Source: Nitrospirales bacterium
GTDB lineage: Bacteria; Nitrospirota; Nitrospiria; Nitrospirales; UBA8639
Length of the DNA: 64,000 nucleotides
Assembly: GCA_965223295.1 (NCBI GenBank)
Contig: CBDCWC010000003.1
Location: forward strand, 992,001-1,056,000
Direction of reading: 5' to 3'
Shown: in pieces, positions 50,326 through 60,573 of the stretch
Layout of the letters: each line of letters begins with the position of its first letter
Position numbering within the stretch: the stretch's first letter is position 1
Position numbers and translations under genes: made by a program
The notes under the pieces: model-generated
Told to the model about the DNA's origin: nothing
Database searches by the model: none
What the model saw: only the letters and a program-made list of their open reading frames with translations

Positions 50326-52659
50326 TCATTGCCGGGGTTCTGGGGGTTGAACGGGAATAGTAAACCAGAATCGACTGCCCTGCTCTAAGACACTTTCCAC
50401 ACCAATTGTTCCTCCATGTAATTCCACTAAACTTTTGGTAATGGCGAGTCCAAGACCGGCACCTCGATCTTTAAGTTCAGTCGAGTGGCTTCTGTAGAAG
50501 CTTTCAAAAATTGTCTTTTGGTCATCCAGAGGAATTCCACAGCCGGTATCAATGACGCAGGAATGGATATACCCATCAGTCTGGCATTCCATCTTGACCG
50601 TGACGGTGCCAGAGGCGGGTGTGAATTTAAGGGCGTTATTTGTAAGGTTGGTAAAAATTTGGATAAGCTTGTCCCGGTCGCCTTGGATCAAGGGAATTGG
50701 CTCTACGATGTGAGTGGTGATCGTCAGGGATTTTTCGTCTGCCATCGGCTGCAACAATTCAACGACTTCTCTGGCGATGTTGCCAATATTAATCGCATTC
50801 GTTTGCAGCTCCATACGGCCTGCTTCAATACGGGAGAGATCCAAGAGATCGTTGATCATGCGGGTGAGGCGTTCGATATTGTGTTTGACGCGATCTAGGT
50901 AAAAGGTTTGCCGCTCGTTTAACCCCCCAGTTAAGCCATCCATCATATTTTCAACTAAGCCTTTGATAGAGGTCATCGGTGTACGCAGCTCATGAGAGAC
51001 AATCGAGACAAAGGCCGATTTTAAACGATCCAATTCTTGGAGCCGTTCATTGGCCAGCTGTAAATCTTTAGTCCTCTCAGTCACGCGTTGTTCCAAGCCT
51101 TGGGCCAGGTTCTCCATGTCTTGGTAGGTTCTCGCGTTATCGATGGCGACAGCGACGTGGCTGGCTATCGTCATTAAGAGGTTTACGTCTTCCTGGGTAC
51201 ACAATGTTCCACCTTTGTCTGCCCCCAAATATCCCAAGATGCGCTTCTGACTAATGAGAGGGGCGCCGATACAAGAGGTCACACCCAAAATATCTGCCAC
51301 TGATCGAACGACTGGATTCAGATGTTCTCTGACTTTTCGCAAATCCTGAATCAAAACGGGCTCTCCCTTGATTAAGAGGGTTTCATCTATTGATTGCGGA
51401 GCAATAGGAAAGGCCTGATTTTCTAATAGAGGAACATATTCGAGTGGAACACCTGAAACTTCTGTAATCACTGCTTCATTCTGATCATCCTGTTTTAAAA
51501 CAAGGATCATACGAGAAAATCCTAGATTCTCATGAAGCACCGTGAGCATAGTGGAAAAGAGTTTCTGCATTTCCAGCGTGGACGTAATGAGTGTACCAGT
51601 TTGGTGTAAGGTACTAAGCTGTGTAACTTGTTTGGTAATGGTGTTCAAATACGTGGTAATGGCCACCTCGCGTTGTTGAAGGCCTTTTGTCATCTGGTTG
51701 ATGCTTTGTGTGAGTTGCCCGACTTCATCTTGGCTATCTGGCAAGACTGAAACTTGCAGATCCCCTTCAGCAATTTGACAGGCCGCTTTTGCTAACCGCT
51801 GAATGGGATTAATGATTCGATTGGCCAAAAGAATTGTGAGTCCAATTCCGAGCAGAATGATCCCGAGCGTGAGCAAGCCAATATTCCATACCGTTTGGTT
51901 CAAAGCCTTTTTCATATGGGCCGTGGAAATGCCCACTTGTATGACGCCAACAATGATCGATTGTGATAGTGACTCTCTTGGGGAATCGTCGAGCGTTTCT
52001 GACGAAAGGAGATCGATGGGCGTGGGACTTGGTTGTGCGCGATAGACTGGGAGTGCAAAGTCATAAATCTGTTCGTAAGAAGTGGCCGCAGAACGTCGTG
52101 AGAGGCCCTTCGCTATTGGATGGAGCGAAACCATACCGTCAGAATTTAAGGCATGAAGAACGGTAACCAATGGTTGAGTGACATCAGATGAATATGGCGT
52201 TTGGGAATACAAGGGCATCGTATGGGTTTCGTCGGGAAGGAGTGGTTGACTGCTATCGCGAATGACTTCAGAAGCATTTAGGAGAACCCCCTTTGATTGG
52301 CTCACGAGTATGTGTCCATCCTGATCTCGAACAATAGCGTACACCATTTCCGGGGCTGACAACGCGCCCTCTAACATTCGTTGTAAATAATTCTGATCAT
52401 GAATGATCAGACGGTTGAGGCTAATCTTATCTAATGTTTTGACCAAGATCCGGCCAGTGTTGAATAACGACTGTTTCATCACTTCAGTTTCTTGTTGGAT
52501 GAGAAAGGCACTGAGGCCTGTGCAAATCAGAATGATGACCAGGCTCACGAACAGAGAAAATTTTGTCCGTAGGCTTAGGAATCTTGGGTGGTCTTCCAGA
52601 GAGCCGTCTGAAGTAGCAGTCGATTGTTTGGGTGAGAGCGCTTTAAAATTGCTCATCAA
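50326..52659 (-). CDS. Membrane sensor histidine kinase (HAMP-GAF-HisKA-HATPase)
   Basis: Two TM segments, DEVGQLTQSINQM, VSHELRTPMTSI, NALKFT, GAGLGLAI. Confidence 0.95.
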   Translation of the reverse strand: MMSNFKALSPKQSTATSDGSLEDHPRFLSLRTKFSLFVSLVIILICTGLSAFLIQQETEVMKQSLFNTGRILVKTLDKISLNRLIIHDQNYLQRMLEGALSAPEMVYAIVRDQDGHILVSQSKGVLLNASEVIRDSSQPLLPDETHTMPLYSQTPYSSDVTQPLVTVLHALNSDGMVSLHPIAKGLSRRSAATSYEQIYDFALPVYRAQPSPTPIDLLSSETLDDSPRESLSQSIIVGVIQVGISTAHMKKALNQTVWNIGLLTLGIILLGIGLTILLANRIINPIQRLAKAACQIAEGDLQVSVLPDSQDEVGQLTQSINQMTKGLQQREVAITTYLNTITKQVTQLSTLHQTGTLITSTLEMQKLFSTMLTVLHENLGFSRMILVLKQDDQNEAVITEVSGVPLEYVPLLENQAFPIAPQSIDETLLIKGEPVLIQDLRKVREHLNPVVRSVADILGVTSCIGAPLISQKRILGYLGADKGGTLCTQEDVNLLMTIASHVAVAIDNARTYQDMENLAQGLEQRVTERTKDLQLANERLQELDRLKSAFVSIVSHELRTPMTSIKGLVENMMDGLTGGLNERQTFYLDRVKHNIERLTRMINDLLDLSRIEAGRMELQTNAINIGNIAREVVELLQPMADEKSLTITTHIVEPIPLIQGDRDKLIQIFTNLTNNALKFTPASGTVTVKMECQTDGYIHSCVIDTGCGIPLDDQKTIFESFYRSHSTELKDRGAGLGLAITKSLVELHGGTIGVESVLEQGSRFWFTIPVQPPEPRQ

Positions 52660-53704
52660 ATTCCCTCAAGATTTCTGGTGAAATCGGCAGCTCTAAATAA
52701 CGGGCTGATTTAACATTGATCGATTTGTGGGTAACTTTTGGTGGAATCATTGTGCCCATAATCGAAGACGCGGCTGGCGTTAACAACTCAGATGCTAGGG
52801 ACGCCGCTTGCCGGCCGAGGTCTGCGTAATGAAAATAAACTCCTGTGACTGCGCCACTTCCGACAAGGCCAGCAGAAAAGGCCACCACGGGAATATTGGC
52901 CTCTAATGTGGTACTGATCAGAAAATCCAATGTATTTTCCGTCAACACCGTGCTATCTGGAAGAAGCCACAGTGCATCAATTTTTTGGTCGAGCGCTTTG
53001 AAGGCGTTTGTGACTTCTTTCTCATCCGAGACTTCTTCTGAAATGACGGTGATGCCCTGATTGTGGGCCTCTTCTTGTAGTTGATCGCGTAAGTCGCGTG
53101 TTTTCTCGGGATCAAACAGCACACCGATTTGTGAGATCTCCGGGACTAACGTTTGAAGGGGTTTAAGCTGTGTGCCAAAGGGAATGTGTAAGGAGAGGCC
53201 AACCATGTTCCTGGACGGAAGGCCATATTTTTCCGGGTTGAGGACCAAACACATGATGACGGGAATATCGAGAATTTCCAGCTTGGCCGCGAGAGCGGCT
53301 TTGAGGCCTACGGCTAAGACGACATTGGCATCGGACGCGCGAATCCTTCGGGCTAGGCTTCGTCCTTTGGCCATATCGCCTTGAAGGTTGTACTCGACTG
53401 TCACGTCTGAAGATGGCGGCAGCGCGCTTTTAAACGCGTCAATTGCCTCGGAGTATGCCCCGATATCGGCAGATTTCAGAATGGCGATTTCTTCGGCACT
53501 GGTTATTTGAGGTAAGGTGATGAATAGTCCCAGCACAAGAGCTAGCCAGACCTTTTTTGCCAAGAGTTGCAATCCTTGCTCCCCGTAGAACGATCGGTTC
53601 ATGTCATCACAGATCTGACGAACGTGCTGGTGTCCATTTCTCTTATCGAGTTGTCTCATTCCTGACGAAGATGGCCGGTTCACCTTCTCCCGGCTAGAGG
53701 GCAA
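52643..53704 (-). CDS. ABC-type periplasmic substrate-binding-like protein (start probably near 53602)
   Basis: Signal-like segment; VLAVGLKAA, IGVLFDP, DALWLLPDSTV; overlaps kinase start. Confidence 0.85.
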   Translation of the reverse strand: MPSSREKVNRPSSSGMRQLDKRNGHQHVRQICDDMNRSFYGEQGLQLLAKKVWLALVLGLFITLPQITSAEEIAILKSADIGAYSEAIDAFKSALPPSSDVTVEYNLQGDMAKGRSLARRIRASDANVVLAVGLKAALAAKLEILDIPVIMCLVLNPEKYGLPSRNMVGLSLHIPFGTQLKPLQTLVPEISQIGVLFDPEKTRDLRDQLQEEAHNQGITVISEEVSDEKEVTNAFKALDQKIDALWLLPDSTVLTENTLDFLISTTLEANIPVVAFSAGLVGSGAVTGVYFHYADLGRQAASLASELLTPAASSIMGTMIPPKVTHKSINVKSARYLELPISPEILREFDEQF

Positions 53705-53734
53705 ACCTCTCCATGCCTCTTTATTGCTGATAGA

Positions 53735-53750
53735 AGCAAGGATGGTACCT
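53735..53750 (-). promoter_or_regulatory. Putative sigma54 promoter
   Basis: Minus strand AGGTACCATCCTTGCT = GG-N10-GC. Confidence 0.6.
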
Positions 53751-53933
53751 GGTTTGGTAGAGGGGGTCTAATGTCGAGGCAATCGAGAAACGTCTATGCA
53801 AAAAGCTGTTGCTGACACGAGGTCAACATGCCGAGATGTGGCAAAGAAGAAGGGGATTTTGGCAGACCAGGAATGTCACTCCATGATCTTCATCTCAAGA
53901 AACGGATTCTTTATATAAATTTCAGAGATGTTC

Positions 53934-54278
53934 TTACCACCCAACGGGGAGCCGATCCCAATCGCATCCAGAAACAAATTGGTTGGTCAGGTTTCGCATC
54001 ACACGGGACTCTGGAGTTTCTTGAATGATCGGAGTTTGAAAATGTGGTTGCCAACCACAATTCAGACATCTGATGACCATTTGCCTCATGGTTTCTCCGG
54101 CTTCATAAAAAACCAGTCCTTGACATTTCGGGCAATTCGAAGGAGAGCCTTCTGGGAAAATCATTGGTTTCGGCCGTAAGGCATCTAAGTGAATTCGGGT
54201 ATGGCGTCGTTTATTTTTTCGTCCTGGTTTTCCAGTTTGTTTCGATGAGTTTGTGAGGGGATGTTGTTGAGTTTTCAT
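53934..54278 (-). CDS. Small zinc-ribbon protein with basic N-terminus
   Basis: CPKCQGLV...RCLNCGW; GGAG RBS. Confidence 0.7.
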   Translation of the reverse strand: MKTQQHPLTNSSKQTGKPGRKNKRRHTRIHLDALRPKPMIFPEGSPSNCPKCQGLVFYEAGETMRQMVIRCLNCGWQPHFQTPIIQETPESRVMRNLTNQFVSGCDWDRLPVGW

Positions 54279-54342
54279 AGTCTTAAAGCTCCCAGTAAAA
54301 GAGAATGAGCATTTCAGGTGTTCGTATTATTCGACTGGGATA

Positions 54343-54358
54343 AGCAAGACTAATGCCC
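54343..54358 (-). promoter_or_regulatory. Putative sigma54 promoter
   Basis: Minus strand GGGCATTAGTCTTGCT = GG-N10-GC. Confidence 0.65.
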
Positions 54359-54458
54359 CTGAGTTTTTTTGAATGGAAATGGCGAAAAATACTGGATTCT
54401 CCGTGTTTTTTACGGAGTAAGCGGAGGAAAATATGGAGGAACTGAGATCCAGAAAAGT

Positions 54459-54494
54459 TATCTAAACAGATACAGCCTGTTATCTATTTAGATA
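54459..54494. promoter_or_regulatory. Tandem palindromes TATCT-N4-AGATA (putative enhancer)
   Basis: TATCTaaacAGATA and TATCTatttAGATA, 22 bp apart, about 100 bp upstream of the sigma54 motif. Confidence 0.72.
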
Positions 54495-54597
54495 CATTTT
54501 GAGGTTGGATAAGAAAAAGTCGTTTTCCAAAAAGTATTGGTGAATTTTTTCAGCGAGATGACAAATTCCTGGTCAAGAAGGAATGAGGAAGGATGAG

Positions 54598-55401
54598 TTA
54601 TTGGGAACAAGGAACACGAAAGAATTGGCGATCCTCAAGCCGCATGGCTACCATTTCCCGTCCCCATACGCATCCACCGTCTAATGCCACAAGATTTTCT
54701 TCTTGGATAATGCCTAAGGCGGACCAGTGGCCAATAATGATGGTCTCATCTTGCGTCGCGCGGCTAGGAATTCGAAACCATGGGAGGTAGCCTGAAGGAG
54801 CCTCTTCTGGCGGACCTTTGAAGGAAAATTCTGGGACCCCATCTTTGGTACAGACTCGCAAACGTGTCAAAATATTCGCAGTAAACCCCAAGCGCTCCTC
54901 CCTGTTCATTTTGGCAGAGGGATGGAGATTTTTGCGAAAGTAAATCGATGGCAAGATTTCTTGGAAATTGTCGCTTTGCAGGGCATCTTCAACTTCCTCG
55001 GCCAAGTCAGTTGCCTGGGCCATCGACCAGGATGGAAGCATCCCTGCATGAATCATCACCACTCCATGTTCGGCATGGAGCAAGGGACGAAATCGTAACC
55101 AGTGGAGTAACTCCTCAGCATCACGCGCCGAGAGAATAGGTTGCAACGTATCTTTCCGGCCAGGCTGAGTAATTTGGCACCATAAGGCCAGAAGATGTAT
55201 GTCATGATTTCCCAAAACGGCGACAGCCGATTCCCCTAGCTGTTTGACAAAACGCAACACCTCCAGTGATTGTGGGCCACGATTGACCAAATCTCCGACA
55301 AACCAAAGACAGTCTTGGGTTTGATCAAATTGAATATGATCCAATAGGCGGTTCAATGCGCCCATACAGCCTTGAATATCCCCGATTGCGTATGTTGCCA
55401 T
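54598..55401 (-). CDS. apaH: Symmetrical bis(5'-nucleosyl)-tetraphosphatase
   Basis: MATYAIGDIQGC, GDLVNRGP, LGNHD, GHWSALG, DGGCVWG. Confidence 0.96.
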   Translation of the reverse strand: MATYAIGDIQGCMGALNRLLDHIQFDQTQDCLWFVGDLVNRGPQSLEVLRFVKQLGESAVAVLGNHDIHLLALWCQITQPGRKDTLQPILSARDAEELLHWLRFRPLLHAEHGVVMIHAGMLPSWSMAQATDLAEEVEDALQSDNFQEILPSIYFRKNLHPSAKMNREERLGFTANILTRLRVCTKDGVPEFSFKGPPEEAPSGYLPWFRIPSRATQDETIIIGHWSALGIIQEENLVALDGGCVWGREMVAMRLEDRQFFRVPCSQ

Positions 55402-55415
55402 GATAGTCCTGTTCT

Positions 55416-55537
55416 CGGAGTGTTGAATAGTGAAGATATCAAAAGCCATATTTCGCCAGGACGCCCTTGGCGATCAACAACCTCGAGGCTGTTCAAAAAA
55501 GGCGAGAACGCTGCTGACGGCTTTTTTCAACAGACCC
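55416..55537 (+). mobile_element. MITE family A, core-deleted, GTTCT TSD
   Basis: CGGAGTGTTGAA...TTCAACAGACCC flanked by GTTCT. Confidence 0.88.
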
Positions 55538-55640
55538 GTTCTCTGTGTCACCCTAACGACAGCAAATTGTACCTCAAGTTTGATTGCACACAAAATTTCT
55601 ATCGGATACGTTACTCTTTACTTGTTGAGGACAGAAGCAG

Positions 55641-56408
55641 ATGTTCGAGAATGTCTTCGTGTTTCAACCGTTGCCCTGGGAAGACCGGAACTGGGCACAA
55701 CTCAGCGGGTTGCCTTTAGAAGAAGTGTGGTTACCGGTTGATGACGCCGTAACTGTTTTTGGATGGTTCGTCAATACCGGACCGGGTAAGCCCGTGCTGC
55801 TTTGGTGTCATGGCAATGCCGGCAACGTAAGTCACCGGCTAGAAAATATTTGGCAATTATACCAGCGCGGTATTTCCGTCTTCATTTTTGACTATCGAGG
55901 GTATGGCCGCAGCACCGGAACCCCCTCAGAGGCAGGACTCTACCAGGACGCGCTGGCCAGTTACGACTATCTCCTGCAGAAGCGGAAGATTTCAGCAGAG
56001 CACCTGATTCTGTTTGGCCGATCATTAGGCTCTGCCGTGGCGGGGGAAGTTGCACTTCAACGTTCTTCAGCCGGGTTGATTATAGAGGGAGCATTTCCGT
56101 CGATCCAATCGATGTCTGACCACCATTATATGGGACTGCCAGCAGGATGGTTAATGGATGTGGAATTTCATCTCGCACAAAAAGTTGCATCTCTCCAAGT
56201 TCCCATCTTGGTAATGCATGGAGAGATAGATTCCATTGTCCCCTTGGCGTTAGGCAGACAGGTCTTTGATGCGGCGCGTGAACCTAAACAGTGGTTTGTT
56301 GTCGCCGGAGCTGAACATAATAATGTGCCGTTTGTTGGCGGGGATTCCTATTTTCAAGCAATCCAAGCGTTCATTCATCGTGTTATTCAAAAGGGGAGTG
56401 TTGAATAA
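55641..56408 (+). CDS. Alpha/beta hydrolase
   Basis: CHGNAGN, DYRGYGRS, GRSLG, HGEIDSIVP, GAEHN. Confidence 0.93.
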   Translation: MFENVFVFQPLPWEDRNWAQLSGLPLEEVWLPVDDAVTVFGWFVNTGPGKPVLLWCHGNAGNVSHRLENIWQLYQRGISVFIFDYRGYGRSTGTPSEAGLYQDALASYDYLLQKRKISAEHLILFGRSLGSAVAGEVALQRSSAGLIIEGAFPSIQSMSDHHYMGLPAGWLMDVEFHLAQKVASLQVPILVMHGEIDSIVPLALGRQVFDAAREPKQWFVVAGAEHNNVPFVGGDSYFQAIQAFIHRVIQKGSVE

Positions 56409-56584
56409 TGAAGATAGCAAAAGCCATATTTCGTCAGGAAGTCCTTGGCGACCAACAGCGTCGGGTCGGTTCAAAAAAGTCCGTCCAGCAAGGCCGCAGC
56501 CATTTTTGCGCGCGGAGCGGACTGGTCCTACGTGAGCAGGGGAAAATGGCGAGAACGCCGCTGGCGGATTTTTTCAACGGACCC
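56394..56584 (+). mobile_element. MITE family A, full length, AAAAG TSD
   Basis: GGGAGTGTTGAA...TTCAACGGACCC flanked by AAAAG. Confidence 0.92.
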
Positions 56585-56684
56585 AAAAGAATGAATGATG
56601 CCTATAGGCACCCCTCTAGCTTTAGCTTGACCCATTAATTCCGCATGGCTAGGATTCGCGGTTGTTAAAGGTTGCAAGTTTGCA

Positions 56685-57176
56685 ATGAAATCTGCTCCTT
56701 ATCTCTATCAAATAAGCGCATCACAAGGTGGACTTCCGAAACTGCCAGTGTCTGAAACCTGGGTATCTTTTCAAGGATTACGGTGTGATAGTCAGCGCAA
56801 TACTGTCGTGCATGGTGGACCGGATCGCGCCATCTGCCTCTATTCCTTTGAGGCGATTGAGGTCTTGCGGAGAGAAGGGCATTCGATTTATCCAGGAGCA
56901 TCGGGAGAGAATTTTACACTGGCTGGCTTGGATTGGGGAAAGATTCAACCTGGAGATCGTATGAAAATTGGCGATAAGGTTCAGATCGAGTTGATGAGTT
57001 ACTGCGACCCTTGCCGACATAATGCGCAATGGTTTGACAAGGGCAACTATCGCCGAATCGATCAACGGCAGCATGCCGGGTGGAGCCGATTATATGCTCG
57101 TGTTCTTACAGAGGGGTCTGTGCAACAAGGCGACGCTGTATACTTAGAGGAACTGTCTGAGGTGAAGATGTCATGA
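56685..57176 (+). CDS. MOSC domain protein (YiiM-like)
   Basis: HGGPDRAICLY, GENFT, PC, YARVLTEGSVQQGD. Confidence 0.9.
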   Translation: MKSAPYLYQISASQGGLPKLPVSETWVSFQGLRCDSQRNTVVHGGPDRAICLYSFEAIEVLRREGHSIYPGASGENFTLAGLDWGKIQPGDRMKIGDKVQIELMSYCDPCRHNAQWFDKGNYRRIDQRQHAGWSRLYARVLTEGSVQQGDAVYLEELSEVKMS

Positions 57177-57835
57177 TGGAGCGTGTACTGGAACCCGAAG
57201 TCATGGACGATCCTGAACAAGTCCTGGCCTACGCCCAAGCCGATTTCGAACAGGAAAATCAAGGGTTCGTTGACAAATTTTTTACGCTGTACCCTGATTT
57301 GGAGCATCCTCATATCGTTGATCTAGGTTGTGGTCCAGGAGATATTCCTCTTCGTGTCGCTCGCCGTCATACCACATGCACCATTACAGGCATCGATGCT
57401 TCTCAGCCAATGATTGATTATGCCCAACGCGTGGTCCAACAAGCTGGCTTCCAAGATCGTATTCAATTTCTTTGTCAACGTTTTCAAGATGTCAGCTTAC
57501 CGTCTCCAGCCGGTGCTTTGATTTCCAATAGTCTGGTGCATCATGTGCCGAACCCATTACGGTTTTGGTACTGCGTGAAAACATGGGTTAAGCCAGGTGC
57601 TCCTGTCTTGGTGATGGATCTACTTCGCCCCGACAATCCTGAAACCGCTCAGGCTATTGTCGATGAACATGCAGCTGACGAACCAGAACAATTACGAAAA
57701 GATTATTATCATTCGTTACTCGCTGCGTTTACCGAAGATGAGGTGGCTGTACATCTAGCGGAACTAAATTTAAGCCGCTTGATGGTTGATGTGCCTGATG
57801 ATCGGCATTGGATTGTCTATGGGCGCGTATACTAG
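57173..57835 (+). CDS. Class I SAM-dependent methyltransferase
   Basis: RVLEPEVMD, VDLGCGPGD, GIDAS; ATGA overlap with the MOSC gene. Confidence 0.9.
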   Translation: MMERVLEPEVMDDPEQVLAYAQADFEQENQGFVDKFFTLYPDLEHPHIVDLGCGPGDIPLRVARRHTTCTITGIDASQPMIDYAQRVVQQAGFQDRIQFLCQRFQDVSLPSPAGALISNSLVHHVPNPLRFWYCVKTWVKPGAPVLVMDLLRPDNPETAQAIVDEHAADEPEQLRKDYYHSLLAAFTEDEVAVHLAELNLSRLMVDVPDDRHWIVYGRVY

Positions 57836-57887
57836 TAGCCCGGATCTTGACGGTCTGCCAGCCTCCGTTTTAAAGTGCAGCCAAGGT

Positions 57888-57961
57888 TGGGGGATCGTCT
57901 AGGGGCAAGACATTAGATTTTGGTTCTAAGAACCCAGGTTCGATTCCTGGTCCCCCAGCCA
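57888..57961 (+). tRNA. tRNA-Gln (anticodon UUG)
   Basis: Acceptor TGGGGGA/TCCCCCA, anticodon arm TTAGA-TTTTGGT-TCTAA, GGTTCGATTCC, encoded CCA. Confidence 0.96.
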
Positions 57962-58231
57962 TTTTCGTTTTTCAATTCTCTCCTTTACTTCAATCAGCTC
58001 CCAAATTTATTCTGGTCTTCTCCTCTTTCATACTTAGATTCTGTACATTTTTAGGCATCGCCAATCGAAAGTTTTTTGTTGAATCCTTCCAATAGGATAC
58101 TCTTCATGATGACGAGGGTTTTCATTTAGCTCAGTCCTCCCCCTCCATAGAAATCAGTATATCTGGAGTAAATTTATGTCTTATGTTGAGAGTGCCTTGT
58201 GGAAGAGGTCAATGCCAGGGATAATATCGAG

Positions 58232-59701
58232 ATGGCCAAGTTAGAAGAACTTTTCTTTGACAACACCTATGCCCGGTTGCCCGAGGTGTTTTATGAGCGG
58301 GTGAAACCCACGCCATTTCCGAATCCCTATGTCGTGAGCGTGAATCCGGGTGCGGCAGATTTACTGAATCTAGATCCGAGTGAATTGGCAAGGCCTGACT
58401 TTGCGGAGTATTTTTGTGGCGCCAAATTGCTGCCTGGCAGTGATCCTATTGCGATGCTCTATTCAGGGCATCAGTTTGGGCATTATGTGCCGCAGCTTGG
58501 TGATGGACGAGCCATTATGCTTGGGGAAGTGAAAACAGAAAAAGGCGAACGCTGGGAATTGCAATTGAAAGGTGCGGGACTCACACGGTTTTCGCGTGAT
58601 GGGGACGGCCGAGCTGTGCTGCGGTCTACGATTCGCGAATATTTATGTGGCGAAGCCATGCATGGTTTAGGCATACCCACGACGCGAAGTCTCTGTATTG
58701 TGGCTGGTGAAGAGATCGTGTTGCGGGAGTTGCCCGAGCCGGGAGCGATGTTGCTTCGCATGGCGCCCTCCCATGTTCGCTTTGGGTCTTTTGAAGTCTT
58801 TTTTTATCGGCGTCAACATGAGTATCTAAAACAATTAGCTGACTATGTGATCGAATACCATTACCCGCACGTCCGCGAGCTTGAGAATCCTTATGCCCGT
58901 CTGTTGCATGAAGTAGCCATGCGAACAGGCCATCTTGTGGCCCAATGGGAGGCCATGGGTTGGGCGCATGGCGTGCTGAATACGGACAATATGTCGATTT
59001 TAGGCTTAACGCTGGACTATGGCCCGTATGGGTTTATGGAACGGTATGATCCAAAATTTATTTGTAATCACTCCGATCATCAGGGGCGCTATTCCTTTCA
59101 ACATCAGCCGGATATTGGCTACTGGAATATCCGTGCGTTGGCCCAAGCCTTGTCTGTGTTGGTAGATGAGGAGGCCTTAAAACTGGCGCCGCAACTGTAT
59201 GAACAAGCCATGTTAGAACACTATGCGGAACTCATGCGCGACAAACTTGGATTGTTAGAAAATCATGCTGGCGATGACAAATTAGTCACAGATTTATTGA
59301 ACATGATGGACTCCAGTCGCACCGATTACACCACATTCTTTCGAGCGCTAGGAAATTTTCAGCAGGATACTCCTGCAGCCAATTCAATACTTCGTGATTT
59401 CTTTCTTCATCGTGACGTGTTTGATGATTGGGCCAGCCGATATCGTGAACGTTTGTTAGCCGAAAAAAGTCAGGATGCCGAACGAAAAATTCGCATGGAT
59501 CAGGTCAATCCCAAGTATGTGCTCCGCAATCATCTGGCTGAACGCGCGATTCAATTGGCGACACGGGAGAAAGACTATTCGGAAATCGATCGGCTGCTGA
59601 AATTGTTACATGATCCGTTTCTGGAACAGCTAGGGATGGAGTCGTATTCTTGTCCAGCTCCAGATGGAAGTCCTTCAATCATTGTCAGCTGTTCCTCTTA
59701 A
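58232..59701 (+). CDS. selO: Protein adenylyltransferase SelO/YdiU
   Basis: YSGHQFG..PQLGDGRA, QLKGAG, DGRAVLRSTIREYL, HGVLNTDNMS, C-terminal CSS. Confidence 0.96.
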   Translation: MAKLEELFFDNTYARLPEVFYERVKPTPFPNPYVVSVNPGAADLLNLDPSELARPDFAEYFCGAKLLPGSDPIAMLYSGHQFGHYVPQLGDGRAIMLGEVKTEKGERWELQLKGAGLTRFSRDGDGRAVLRSTIREYLCGEAMHGLGIPTTRSLCIVAGEEIVLRELPEPGAMLLRMAPSHVRFGSFEVFFYRRQHEYLKQLADYVIEYHYPHVRELENPYARLLHEVAMRTGHLVAQWEAMGWAHGVLNTDNMSILGLTLDYGPYGFMERYDPKFICNHSDHQGRYSFQHQPDIGYWNIRALAQALSVLVDEEALKLAPQLYEQAMLEHYAELMRDKLGLLENHAGDDKLVTDLLNMMDSSRTDYTTFFRALGNFQQDTPAANSILRDFFLHRDVFDDWASRYRERLLAEKSQDAERKIRMDQVNPKYVLRNHLAERAIQLATREKDYSEIDRLLKLLHDPFLEQLGMESYSCPAPDGSPSIIVSCSS

Positions 59702-59728
59702 CCCACGCAGGCGAATCCTACATTCCAT

Positions 59729-60412
59729 ATGCGACTCATCGTTATTTTTATTATTTTCATTGCACTGGTGCTGGGACCGCAGCTGTGGGTGTGGTGGGTA
59801 TTTAGGCAATACCGAAAACCTCGTGAAAATTGGCCGGGAACGGGGGGCGAACTAGCGCGTCATCTACTCAACCGGTTTGGCCTCCAAGAGATTCGGGTTG
59901 AACCCACGCCAATGGGCGACCATTATAACCCGGAAACCAAAATGGTGGGGCTCTCACCTCAACATTACAGTGGGAGATCCCTCACGGCTGCTGTCATCGC
60001 GGCCCACGAAGTCGGGCATGCTTTGCAAGATCATGATGGGTATGAGCTGTTGAAGAGTCGAACGCATCTAATCAAATTTGCTCAGAAAGCTGAAAAAGTC
60101 GGGTCGTATTTGATGTTAGGCATGCCTGTTCTTGCTGGAGTGACACGGATTCCTGCCTTGGGCCTTGCGGTATTTGTGGTTGCTATTGGCACGATGAGTG
60201 TGTCAGCACTGGTTCATCTGATTACCTTGCCGGTAGAGTGGAATGCTAGTTTCCGTCGAGCCCTGCCAATACTTGAAGGAGGGGGTTATTTAGCGCCAAC
60301 GGACATGGAGGGGGCCAGGCGGATTCTCAAAGCCGCAGCCTTAACCTATGTTGCCTCTTCGCTTTTTAGCTTGGTCAACATGTGGCGGTGGATCCGCCTC
60401 GTCCGCCGCTAA
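59729..60412 (+). CDS. Neutral zinc metallopeptidase (YugP-like)
   Basis: DHYNP, AAHEVGHALQ, TLPVEWNAS, AAALTYVA. Confidence 0.92.
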   Translation: MRLIVIFIIFIALVLGPQLWVWWVFRQYRKPRENWPGTGGELARHLLNRFGLQEIRVEPTPMGDHYNPETKMVGLSPQHYSGRSLTAAVIAAHEVGHALQDHDGYELLKSRTHLIKFAQKAEKVGSYLMLGMPVLAGVTRIPALGLAVFVVAIGTMSVSALVHLITLPVEWNASFRRALPILEGGGYLAPTDMEGARRILKAAALTYVASSLFSLVNMWRWIRLVRR

Positions 60413-60573
60413 TCGTAACACCCTGCCCCATTTATCCTGCCAAGCATTGTGCTCAGATTGCACTCTGCTTTCACAGTTCGGTATCCTAACCCTGTCCTTT
60501 TCCAATCAACCACACATCAGTAAGCGGCAAAACGCAATGCTATTGACGCTTACTCTAACTTGGAGCACACAAC

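Noticed and set aside
59684-59701. Selenocysteine in SelO
   Set aside because: Ends TGT TCC TCT TAA (CSS*); no in-frame TGA
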